A DNA stretch of 24,023 nucleotides from a virus (IMGVR_UViG_3300025828_000194:1-24023); one strand, 5' to 3'; positions 7,190 through 16,800 are shown, counted from the first letter of the stretch. Made by a program: numbers and translations. The notes: generated from the sequence alone by a model not told the origin.

Positions 7190-9592
7190 TCAAGAATCCA
7201 GTGAAGTTGTGTGAACGAAAGGCTGTTGACCAAAGTTGGCTGTCAATGTTCCTGACGATGCACCCGATAATGCGTGTAACCAAAATACTTTGTCGTCAGA
7301 AATGCCAGTTACAACAGGACTTCCGCTATTTGCGAGCGTTCCGTTGACTGCATAATACAGTGACCCTGATTTGACATACATCGTAACTACGTCTCCTGCT
7401 GTAAATGAAGAAAACGTACCTTGTGATGACCCGTCATCATAAACAGTGCCGTCTACACCGTAAACAACAGCCCTTGCTTGAGTCGTAGCATACACAGTTC
7501 CTTCATCGGTCTTAAACGTCTCATCAGCAAGACCAATAACCATATTTCCTAGCGTGTTGATAGTGAACTCAGCTTTGTACCCATCAGTATCTTGTGGATC
7601 AAATCCGATAGAGCTAACAATACCGTTGCGATTCGTGTTAACAGTGGACTTCAAATTACCTTCCGACAAAGTAAAATTACCTGCAACGACCCCATTCCAA
7701 GTCGCAAAGTTATCAGTCGGACTGTCTGCAACGGTATCGTTATGGTCTAGGTTGACTGGTTGCCAATCGTTGTCATTACCAGACTGATCTAACCAGAAGG
7801 CCGCTTCTCTTGTGTCTGCAAAGGCGGCATAGATGTAGATATCACCAGAAGTATTGAATACTGTATTTGAATCTTTAAGCTGAAATCCATTGTCTAAAAA
7901 GTCAACAGCAAACCCACCACCATCTGCGTCAGTCCATTCATCAAAACTACCATTGGCAAATAGCGTATTTTCATTTCCGTTTGCGACTGTTCTTGTATTG
8001 TCTTGCAACCACCAGTCAGAACTTTTAGCCGTTCCTCCACTGTCGCTTATCTTTTTGTGGATAATAAAGGCGGGTTTAAATCCATTTGCCCCACCTGCTG
8101 TTCCATCATCCGTTGTATAAATGATCGGGCCAGTAGAAGAACCGTTTCCAGAATAAGTGCCAAATGCGGACAGTCCAGATTTTTGTGTCCAACAGTACAT
8201 GATGTAGTTGTAAGTACCTGAGTTCGTTGATCCTGCATAACCTAAGTTCATAACAGTAGATGTTGGATCGACAGTACCAAAGTTAGAGTTGTCAGTTGTT
8301 ACAACCCCATCATTAGTATTCAATCTAAGATAATGTTGGATGCTTGCTAAACTTGAGTGCCAAACAGCCCAATTTGTAGCGGTAGGAAAATTTCTTGCGG
8401 TAACCAAAACGAAATCCGGCACAGCCCCTAAACCGTGAGCTATCGTTGAATTGTTAGTGTTATTAGCAGTATAAGAAACCACAGAAAATCCGTAGGCAGT
8501 GCTAGCAGAAAGTCTTGTGGCAGGGATAGTACCCGCTAGTGCAGACGTAGAGTCAACGCCATCAATCTTGACACTACCTGCTGTTGGAACATCCCCTGCA
8601 CCTTCTGAGTTATCAACGGTAGGTGCGCCACCTGCTTTCCAACCCCAACCAACGTATTTTTTACCGGACTCGTTTATGGATACGTTTAAATGCCCGTCAA
8701 CAATAAAACCATCGGTAGTTGGTTTTGAATTTGGGAATAAGTCACCTGCCCAGTTTTCTGCAAATGTTTGACTTGATGTAAGATACTTGCCAACCCCACG
8801 AACTGAATCAAATAAAATATGATTGTATGCGCCATCACGAGCTTTTATCCACACTAAGTCAGGCTCAAAGCCCATCCCTGTAACAGAACTTGAGCTAAGG
8901 CCATTACCCCGATACAGCACAGTATTGAATGCTTCAACCGCTGTATCGTCTTGGAACGTCAGGTGAAAGCCATTCGTACCCATTTCAAAGTCTGTGGCTG
9001 TAATGTTCTTTGGAACCCACACACCGTTCTTGGTTTCACCGAAAGCGTCAGCGTTATGGGCTGTGCCGTCAATGAAGAATACTTCGGCTAGGTAGCCGTC
9101 TTGATAATCTGCATTCGCAGGATCACGGCCAATACGATGAGTATATTGATTGCCAATGTACCAACTACCTGAAGGTGAATTAGATGTAGTGAAGTCTGTA
9201 ATTTCTTCACCATTAACATAAATTGCCGCAGATGATCCGCTGACATTAACAACAAAGTGATACCACGCAGACGGATCACGAAACTTGGCAGTTGGCACTC
9301 TGACTGTTGTTGTGTGTTGTACAAACTCTAACTGCCCACTACCGTCAAAACGTATCATATGACGGTTACTACCGTCAGCCGCACCAAATACGACTTCAGT
9401 ACCGCTGTTATTTGCACCAACGCTTTTTTGCCACCAACTAAATGTCCATATAGTAGAGCTAGTCCCTGCATCAATAGGAGTCCATTCTAGGTACGCAGAG
9501 TCATCATCGTTAAACCGTAGCGATCCTTCAATGGTCTTAGGATAGAAGCCCCGTGTAGAGCCTTGCTTTGCATTACCTTGCAATATTGCCAC
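7190..9592 (-). CDS. LamG/ConA-like plus SPRY-like receptor-binding (tail adhesin) protein
   Basis: LamG-type motifs SLRFNDDDSAYL, FRDPSAWYHFVV, DGYLAEVFFIDG and GTNGFHLTF; C-terminal SPRY-like region ending ANFGQ. GTG start at 9592 with AGGAG RBS. Confidence 0.8.
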   Translation of the reverse strand: MAILQGNAKQGSTRGFYPKTIEGSLRFNDDDSAYLEWTPIDAGTSSTIWTFSWWQKSVGANNSGTEVVFGAADGSNRHMIRFDGSGQLEFVQHTTTVRVPTAKFRDPSAWYHFVVNVSGSSAAIYVNGEEITDFTTSNSPSGSWYIGNQYTHRIGRDPANADYQDGYLAEVFFIDGTAHNADAFGETKNGVWVPKNITATDFEMGTNGFHLTFQDDTAVEAFNTVLYRGNGLSSSSVTGMGFEPDLVWIKARDGAYNHILFDSVRGVGKYLTSSQTFAENWAGDLFPNSKPTTDGFIVDGHLNVSINESGKKYVGWGWKAGGAPTVDNSEGAGDVPTAGSVKIDGVDSTSALAGTIPATRLSASTAYGFSVVSYTANNTNNSTIAHGLGAVPDFVLVTARNFPTATNWAVWHSSLASIQHYLRLNTNDGVVTTDNSNFGTVDPTSTVMNLGYAGSTNSGTYNYIMYCWTQKSGLSAFGTYSGNGSSTGPIIYTTDDGTAGGANGFKPAFIIHKKISDSGGTAKSSDWWLQDNTRTVANGNENTLFANGSFDEWTDADGGGFAVDFLDNGFQLKDSNTVFNTSGDIYIYAAFADTREAAFWLDQSGNDNDWQPVNLDHNDTVADSPTDNFATWNGVVAGNFTLSEGNLKSTVNTNRNGIVSSIGFDPQDTDGYKAEFTINTLGNMVIGLADETFKTDEGTVYATTQARAVVYGVDGTVYDDGSSQGTFSSFTAGDVVTMYVKSGSLYYAVNGTLANSGSPVVTGISDDKVFWLHALSGASSGTLTANFGQQPFVHTTSLDS

Positions 9593-9593
9593 G

Positions 9594-11360
9594 TTATGCT
9601 CCTGCGCTTGTGACTGCCGGAGTCGCACTGACCATTACGTTCGTACCATCAGAGTAGTACGACAGGAAGTAAACACCTGCTGTTGAGATGGTAGTGAGGT
9701 CTGCACTGGCAATGTATGTGGTAGCGGCGGCTGAGATAGTGTGGCCGCCAGAGTTGTCTAGCCAGATATTGCCAGACTGTCCGGCTGTAATGTTCGTGAA
9801 CGTCAGCGTACCTGTGCCTGTTGGTGTGCATTTGAAGTAGTTAGATGCGTTCATGTCGAATGACAGATCGTTGTCTGTGGTCAGCGTACCAGTTGCTCTT
9901 CCAGTGACAGCGACTCCTGCTGATGCTGTGGCGAATTTGGCGGAGTTGTCGTAGTAAAGGGATACTGCACCATTTTCATTCAAAACAGCATAGGTTTCAG
10001 ATGCATTAGTATTTGTGAAGCTGACAGCCGCACTTGCTTGAATATATAAGTCACCAGTACCTAAATCTCTAATCTGGCTGTTAGTGCCATCGTGATAAAT
10101 CTGTAAATCCGACCCCGTACCAAAGATAGCCTTGTCGTTGTCGCCAAAGTTCAGATCACCAGTCATGCTATCGCCAGTAACCGCAACAAAGTCTGTGCTT
10201 GCTGATGTGGCCGCAGTGCCTAAGCCAAGGTTTGTTCTAGCTGTTGCAGCGTCGGCGACATCAGACAAGTTGTTTGCTGCAGCCAGGAATGATCCGCCAG
10301 ATACATAAGCAGCAACCCAAGCAGAGCCTGTGTAAAGTTTCATTACAGTATCTGTTGTGTTGAAGTACAAATCCCCAGCATCAACAGTTAAACCGTTGCC
10401 AGTGACGTATGTTTCGGCTGCGCTATCACTTGCGTGAGCGCCATAGTAACGATCATCAAAATCATCAAACGCTGCCAATGCAGCATCTCTTGCAGACTCA
10501 GCAGCAGTCTTGGCTGTCTCTGCATCATCTTTATGACCCTCTGCTGTTGTTGCGTGACCGGATGCAGTTGTCGCATGACCCTCTGCTGTTGTGGCATGAC
10601 CTGAAGCCGTTGTTGCTGATGCCTCTGCATCGTCTGCGTGACCTTCCGCTGTCGTCGCGCTAGCTGCAGCTGCAGCTGCTGATGAAGACGCTGATGCAGC
10701 ATCAACGATCAAGTCCCACTTAGCGCTGTCTGTGTTTGATGTCAGTGGCTGAGAACCGCTAGACGTATGCGCTGTGTTGGCTAGGAAAATGTTGTTGGTG
10801 CTGGTGTCTTTAACCAGGTCACGCGCATTGTATGAAGTTGATGCTGACCAATCTCCCTGGTATGTACCAAGCTCTTGGGTAACAGATAAGTCACCATCGC
10901 CATCAAAAGCGAAGATTTTGTTTGCTCGATCTGCAGCAGAAATCGCAAACTCAGTCGATGAGATGGTGTTTGTAACCGATGCCTTAATAGACCGATCAAT
11001 CTCTTCTTGCATTTGCTGCGTGATAAACGTCAGGCGGTCCAACGCTTCTTCGTGCGATTCAGCAGGGAATGGATCGTTCTCAACGTAGTCTGTACCCTGG
11101 GTAAGCGCTAGCTTACGCTGAATAACCACAGTCTCGCCTGATGCTGGAGCAGTGCCGAATGTGACGTTACCGCCACCATCGACCCCAGCATTAGATACTG
11201 TGTAGTCAGTTGTCAGAGTCTTAAGCGTTTCTGTGCCAGTGGAGCTTCGGATATAAACGTCCAGGTCACCGTCTGCAAAGATCTTGAAAGTGTACTGAAA
11301 AACGGTTGTGGTTCCGTTCCCTGAGTAACTAACCTTGTTGGTTGTACTTGATACCGTCAT
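9594..11360 (-). CDS. Tail fibre protein with a T7 gp17-like N-terminal anchor
   Basis: YSGNGTTTVFQYTFKIF...TTDYTV...QGTDYVENDPFPAESHEEALDRLT anchor; Ala-rich coiled coil; GDLYFNT and NNLSDVADAATARTNLGLG fibre motifs. Confidence 0.88.
   Translation of the reverse strand: MTVSSTTNKVSYSGNGTTTVFQYTFKIFADGDLDVYIRSSTGTETLKTLTTDYTVSNAGVDGGGNVTFGTAPASGETVVIQRKLALTQGTDYVENDPFPAESHEEALDRLTFITQQMQEEIDRSIKASVTNTISSTEFAISAADRANKIFAFDGDGDLSVTQELGTYQGDWSASTSYNARDLVKDTSTNNIFLANTAHTSSGSQPLTSNTDSAKWDLIVDAASASSSAAAAAASATTAEGHADDAEASATTASGHATTAEGHATTASGHATTAEGHKDDAETAKTAAESARDAALAAFDDFDDRYYGAHASDSAAETYVTGNGLTVDAGDLYFNTTDTVMKLYTGSAWVAAYVSGGSFLAAANNLSDVADAATARTNLGLGTAATSASTDFVAVTGDSMTGDLNFGDNDKAIFGTGSDLQIYHDGTNSQIRDLGTGDLYIQASAAVSFTNTNASETYAVLNENGAVSLYYDNSAKFATASAGVAVTGRATGTLTTDNDLSFDMNASNYFKCTPTGTGTLTFTNITAGQSGNIWLDNSGGHTISAAATTYIASADLTTISTAGVYFLSYYSDGTNVMVSATPAVTSAGA
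10533..10658 (-). repeat. Six 21-bp (heptad) coding repeats, consensus ATTA(E/S)GH
   Basis: ATTAEGH-ADDAEAS-ATTASGH-ATTAEGH-ATTASGH-ATTAEGH, with synonymous divergence between units. Confidence 0.85.
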
Positions 11361-13858
11361 CGTGCAAGATCTCCTGCTGCTGCTCCTATGTCAGGCGCTC
11401 TTGATGGGGCAGTTTGTCCAGGTCTCCACCAATAACGCTGACCGTATTCTTTTTTCCTCAATCTCTCAAGTCTTCTCATATTCGATCTTGCATCTGGGTC
11501 TGCCCAAATCCGCATCTGATCGAAGACCATTCTTTCTAACGCTGTCCTCAAATACCAAATACTTGAGCCAGGCGTATACCTTGCTGCAAATGTTAACATT
11601 TCCTTCGCCAATTTTGGATCTTCTCCAGTCAACGCCTGGACAACATTCCCAGAGGAAAGATTCCTTAGATCACTTACAAGGCCACCAATGACTGGTCCAG
11701 CAACAGTTTCTCCAAGCCCTCTGTTGTGCCGATTGACATCAGAAAACAGGAAATCGCCATAAATACCAAAACCACCTCCAGCAAGCATTGCAGCCATCCA
11801 GAAGTCTGGGTCGTCCATTGGACGAGGATCTCTTCCTTTTGCAATTTCTTTAAGCTGCAAACCAAGAGCGCCCATCAGCGTTGTGCTGATAATTAAATCA
11901 GCCATGTACAGCCCTTTGGCTTTTGGCCCAGAGCGCATAGCTGCCCTGGTAAAATGATCGCCAACAACTGTCACGCCAAAGTTTTTGAATTGCGCAAATG
12001 AGCGCAAAATTTCACCTGGCAGCGTTCCTGGTCTACTTTCTCCATACAGCGTATATGCGCCTCTTGCTGAAGATGTAGGGATAGCCGTGTCTGTTTCTGC
12101 ATTGATTGCTTGCTGCCATTTTGTAGAAAGCCTGGTTGCTTCTTCAAAAGACAAATCAGTTCTTTTATCTATCGCTGCAGATGTTAAGAATTCTGCTCCG
12201 TCTTCAACGTATGGCGCAGTCTGCCGTATGGCATCCCAGTCAGCTTCATTGATTCCATGCTTTAACAAAGTCTCTCTGTTTTCTGGTGTCAACTGGTCAA
12301 ATGTTTTTCCTGCAGCGTCCGCATAGTAACTTGTCCAGGACATACCAAAAGCCCATCGACCAGCTGTTGTATGCGGGGAAAGCAACGAAGCGTTCATTGT
12401 GAAGTCAGAAATTCGCCTGGTAATTTCTGTGCCTGATACGTCTCCAATGAAACGCATCTGAGCTGTAGCGACTTGCGCCCATCCGTCAGCAATCAATCCC
12501 TGGGAAATAGCTATCTTTGCTCGCTCTTCGTAACCAAGTGGATTCATGTACTTTAGGTAATCCTTGATTATCGAAGTCTGTGGCAAGCCAGCCATCCTCC
12601 TGGCAATCCGCTGAAAGTTTAAGTCTGTAATCGCAATTAGTGATGTTGCCCCCAGAAATGCACCAGAAATCAACTGACGCATACCTGCAAAAGTTTGCGC
12701 AACTTTAGGGTTTATGGGGCTATTCACTGCTCCAGTTATGTGTTGATACAAACCTCTTGCTTTGTTTATGTCGGATGTATATTTAGCTTTTGCCTTTGGG
12801 TCGGCTCCTGTTTCTCTGTAAGCCACGTTCTCCAGGTAGGCAAGCATTGAGTGTGGGTTGGGGCCAAGAACCTCCATAACGCCAATATCCCTGGACATGG
12901 TTTCAATGTGCTGAACCATCGTTTCAAAAATATTGTCGTTGCCAAATTTTTTTTGGTACTGCAGCCAGGAATCAGCATCTTTAAAAACCAGAAACCTGTG
13001 ATCTGCGCGAGTGTTCCTTAAAGCCTTTTTCCCTTGCCCACGATTGAAACCTAGCGCTGTTCTGCTTGCGTTTTCTGTAACGATTGCTTCGTGCATATCT
13101 TTTAAAGCAATCTCAATCGTCTCCCTGGTAAATGGCAGTCCCGTTGTGGAATCGATCATTTTATCCAGGTCAATGTAATCAAGTAACTCATCGCGCCAAA
13201 TTTGATATCCATCATCCAGGTTCTGAGCAACTGTTCTTATCTTGTCTGCGTTATGTGATGTAGGGAAGTTCCAGTCAGCCCGCTTAGGAATATGTCCTCC
13301 AGCAGCGTTAAACCTACGTCTAAGGTATTCGCTGCCATCAGCCCAGGATGCAGATAGCTCTCGTGCAACAGCGTCACCAGTGTCTTCACCAAAACTTTCT
13401 CTTACTGCATTTTCAAGATTTGCTTTATTTCTTGTTTGCCCTAAAAGATTTCTGTGGCCTTTAGCCAGGATGTTGCTAATCCGCGCATAAGCTAGATTTC
13501 TAACAGCATCAATCTGGCCTTTTACGCTGCCAAATGTTCCAAGATTTAATTTGTCCATCAAAGCAACAATGCCTTCGCTGGCACTATTTTGATTTTTTAT
13601 GGTTTTGTAGCCTAAAATATTTCGCCTGTTTTCCGTGGCCTTTCTAGCCTGGATCAATGCCACACGTTTCTTTTCCTTTGCTTCAAAAGAAAACGCATCA
13701 AATGCCTGTTGACCAGCAATTCGCTCTGCTTCAGCTTTTGGCATCCTTGCAGCATTTTCTTCAACAGCGCCTTCAAATAGATCAGAAATCTTATCTAATC
13801 GCTCCGGGTCGATCTTGCCTTCAGCCCTGGCATTTGCAATACATTGTCTAAAGCTCAT
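11357..13858 (-). CDS. Internal virion (ejection) protein, large
   Basis: Lies before the fibre gene; GEILRSFAQFKNF, LKEIAKGRDPRP, GGGFGIYGDFL and YWWRPG motifs. Start reassigned to ATG 13858 (TAATG coupling). Confidence 0.8.
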   Translation of the reverse strand: MSFRQCIANARAEGKIDPERLDKISDLFEGAVEENAARMPKAEAERIAGQQAFDAFSFEAKEKKRVALIQARKATENRRNILGYKTIKNQNSASEGIVALMDKLNLGTFGSVKGQIDAVRNLAYARISNILAKGHRNLLGQTRNKANLENAVRESFGEDTGDAVARELSASWADGSEYLRRRFNAAGGHIPKRADWNFPTSHNADKIRTVAQNLDDGYQIWRDELLDYIDLDKMIDSTTGLPFTRETIEIALKDMHEAIVTENASRTALGFNRGQGKKALRNTRADHRFLVFKDADSWLQYQKKFGNDNIFETMVQHIETMSRDIGVMEVLGPNPHSMLAYLENVAYRETGADPKAKAKYTSDINKARGLYQHITGAVNSPINPKVAQTFAGMRQLISGAFLGATSLIAITDLNFQRIARRMAGLPQTSIIKDYLKYMNPLGYEERAKIAISQGLIADGWAQVATAQMRFIGDVSGTEITRRISDFTMNASLLSPHTTAGRWAFGMSWTSYYADAAGKTFDQLTPENRETLLKHGINEADWDAIRQTAPYVEDGAEFLTSAAIDKRTDLSFEEATRLSTKWQQAINAETDTAIPTSSARGAYTLYGESRPGTLPGEILRSFAQFKNFGVTVVGDHFTRAAMRSGPKAKGLYMADLIISTTLMGALGLQLKEIAKGRDPRPMDDPDFWMAAMLAGGGFGIYGDFLFSDVNRHNRGLGETVAGPVIGGLVSDLRNLSSGNVVQALTGEDPKLAKEMLTFAARYTPGSSIWYLRTALERMVFDQMRIWADPDARSNMRRLERLRKKEYGQRYWWRPGQTAPSRAPDIGAAAGDLAR

Positions 13859-16800
13859 TACACGCAATCCTTAAATCGTTCGATTAAAGCATCATCCATC
13901 TCAAAATCTTTTTGCATTTCGTCAAATGTTTGCATCCTGGGCTGCATTTGGGCATCCTCATCAACAAATATCCCAGCGGTAGGGAAACCGTCTGGATCAT
14001 TGGTTTCGTTGACCAAATCTGTTACACTGAACTCGGAGGTATTAGAAGTGAGATTTTTCATGGTAGACGGCATATCACTGGCAGCATGGGATGTTGACAG
14101 TGACGTTGTGTCTGTGTGGGACGGACGCGCTGGTGCCTGGAGATCAGGTAAAGGTGCCTCCCGTATATTGATGGACGACAGGTCGCCCGAAATATCAGCA
14201 GCCGAAGCTGCATCTCTTGCGCTCAAACTTGGCACCAACCTCCGGTCAATCTCAAGCGTTGCTAACATGGAATCAAACGTAGAAGGCAGTTCATCAGCGA
14301 CTTCTTGATACAGAGTTCTCATTTCGGTTGACAATCTCTTCTCAACGTCAATGTCTGCTTCGTTAATTAGTTCGCCATCATCGTCACGCTTTAATGCGCG
14401 CCAAAGTTCATAAAGTTTATGCCCGCCAGTATAAGGTTTTGTTTCCCCTTTTTTATTGACGTATGTTGCTTCATATCCAAACCTGGTTAGGTCAGCAGTA
14501 TTTTTAGCGTCAAGCATGCCTGGAGGCCAAAACTGAATTTCAGCAAGCATCCCGTCAGGCATGATAACCAGGGCTTTTGCATCAAAATAACCAACTGGAG
14601 TTTTCCCCCAGCCTTCATCAATGATGTGCCACTTGTAGTCTTCGTTTAGTTTTTTAAGTACGGCCCTGGCATCTTCTGGGCGGTAAACGGTCATGCCAGT
14701 CCTGGCTATGTCTGTAACGTTATACAAAGATGGTAATAAGTTGTCTGGATCAGCTTTGTATTTCTCAACCAGTTTCTCTATTGTAGCATCTGCTTCTTTA
14801 ACTGGAGGGACTAAAAACTTTCCAGCATCGTCTTTCTTTGGTTTAAATTCCAGGCCAAGGTCATTTGCAATTTTCTCAACCGCCTCATTCAGCGCCTGGT
14901 GATTTGCAGCGCCCCTAGTCATCATGCTGTCAAAAGATTCAAACTCTTGGTTATGCAAGACTTCATTCATAAATGAACCAAAGCTCACTTTGTCAGACTC
15001 TTGCTTGTCTACATATCTTGGTTTTTCTTTTGCGCCAGGACGCAGAATATTGGCCATTGCTTTTTCTGATGTGGCAGAAGCAAACTCCTCATCAGTTGTT
15101 ACGCGAATAGGCATGCTCTCCCATCCGCTATCTACAGCAACCGAATAGGTACTATTTCCGTCACGCAGCTCATACGTTCCATCACCAAGATCTTTGGCTT
15201 CAACAGGCATGCGCTTTTCCATGAGGCCTTCTTCGGCCTGAGACATAAACACTTTTGCATTAAATATTCCTTCGCCCCTAGCTCTTATTGGTTTGATATC
15301 ACGCAAAGAAACCATTAAGTAATCGCCAGTCGTATCAAAATACAAAGACGGATCTGGCTTCAGCCTTATGGCAGCCATTTGTCTGAATACTTTCCTGGCA
15401 ACAGCTTCTCCAGCTGCGGTTAAACCACCTGACTGAGCTTTTGGATTTTGGCTGCGATATAAGTAAGAAAGCGTTGAGCCAATCCCGCGCCCCTGGAAAT
15501 CTGTTGCGACTAGACCCTGGACCCCACCTTCGTACCTGCGCCAATACCCAAGGATGAGATCTTCTGTCTCGTGCATAGCAAAGATGTCTGGACCGCTGCG
15601 ATCTTTCATATAAATAACGCCGTCAACCCGAGCTATTTCTACAGTGCTTATTGGAAAGTCAAAGGCTTCGTCCATTGTCAAATCAGTTAACTCAAGCGAA
15701 TCCAAGCGCATTGCTTCAACTTCTGGTACGCGCAGCCCACCTGGGTTGATTAACTCAATATAAGCATCTTCATCAAATTTGCCGATTGACTTAGCAACAT
15801 TCTGCCGAACTTCTTCAAAAGCATCCGCTGCCTGTTTTGTTGCCCCTTCTCCAACTACGTCGTCAAAGAGCGAGAAATCTTCGTCCTGGACAACCTGCGG
15901 GCGTTCTGAGACTTCCGCTTGATTGCGTGAATGTACGAAATCATCTCCGCTTGCGTAGCGATCAAATTCGCCCTCATCAACTGCTCTTCTGACGGACCCG
16001 AGGAATTGTTCGACAGCTCCGTCATACTTTCCTGATTCTCTTGCAATCTTAGCTGCGTCTGTAAGCGCGGACGAGATTGGCCCCCTTGCGTTTGCGAGCG
16101 CTGTGAGGATTTCGAGCGTTTTCTCTTCATCAGTGATACGTCTCCTGTTGTTCTCTTTAATTACAACATTGCCTTCTTCTTCGAGGCGACTAGCGTTTCT
16201 AACAATGTTATTGAAAGCAGCCTTGTCTTTTCTTATTTGTTTCTGCGCTCTATCCAGGATAACTGCGCGCTCCTCAAAATAAGAATCAATAAAGGTTTCT
16301 GCGCCAAACAATCCTTCCTGGGTTACTTTTTCGTAACCAGCAACCTTAACGTCTTTGACAATCTGAGTAGCCTGGAATTCATTGTTCGGCTCAATCCTGG
16401 CTAAAACTTTAAAAGCAGCTTCCTGCATTGCAGCGTCATCAGGAATTAGTTGACCGATAACTGCGCCATAGTTCATTGGAACCAGGCCGTTTATCATATA
16501 AGGCCATAGCTCTTCATTGATTGCCATGATTGCCCTACCCTGCCTAGCAATCGCTGACTCCTTGCCGAAAGATAACTTTTCGATATCTTCCGGGCGCATC
16601 TTAAATACCCTTGCTGCATCCAATGCAGAACCAGTTCCCTGGCGAATATTTTTAATGGCTGCTGAATAACGCAAGTCTTCCGCAGAAAAACCATCTGTTT
16701 CCCGGAAAATAATGACAGGCAGCCTTGGCTCTTGTGCCGGATCTGTATCCATAATTCGCTTAGCAAGGCCCAATCTCTGATGTCCATCGGCAACAAAATT

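Noticed and set aside
5479-9592. Possible diversity-generating retroelement target or template repeats in the adhesin genes
   Set aside because: No reverse transcriptase and no near-identical repeat pair differing at adenines was seen; the module similarity is only at protein level.
10655-10685. Palindromic AGCTGCAGCTGCAGCT run
   Set aside because: Explained by poly-Ala codons and the general GCWGC bias.
13844-14047. 5' extension of the + strand ORF 13844-14308 given in the ORF track
   Set aside because: Ser/Ile-rich shadow of the acidic - strand C-terminus with no RBS; the promoter and RBS point to GTG 14048.
14328-14356. TTGACA on the + strand after the nested gene
   Set aside because: No acceptable -10 hexamer at 16-18 nt.
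14693-15148. Other + strand ORFs antisense to the polyvalent gene
   Set aside because: Typical Ser/Phe-rich shadows with no RBS; they serve as the contrast for 14048-14308.
15855-16130. Same-strand alternative-frame ORF inside the polyvalent gene (MTELSNNSSGPSEEQLMRANL... from 16025)
   Set aside because: Only a weak AGGA with 4-nt spacing, and the main frame stays protein-like; cannot be told from chance without homologues.
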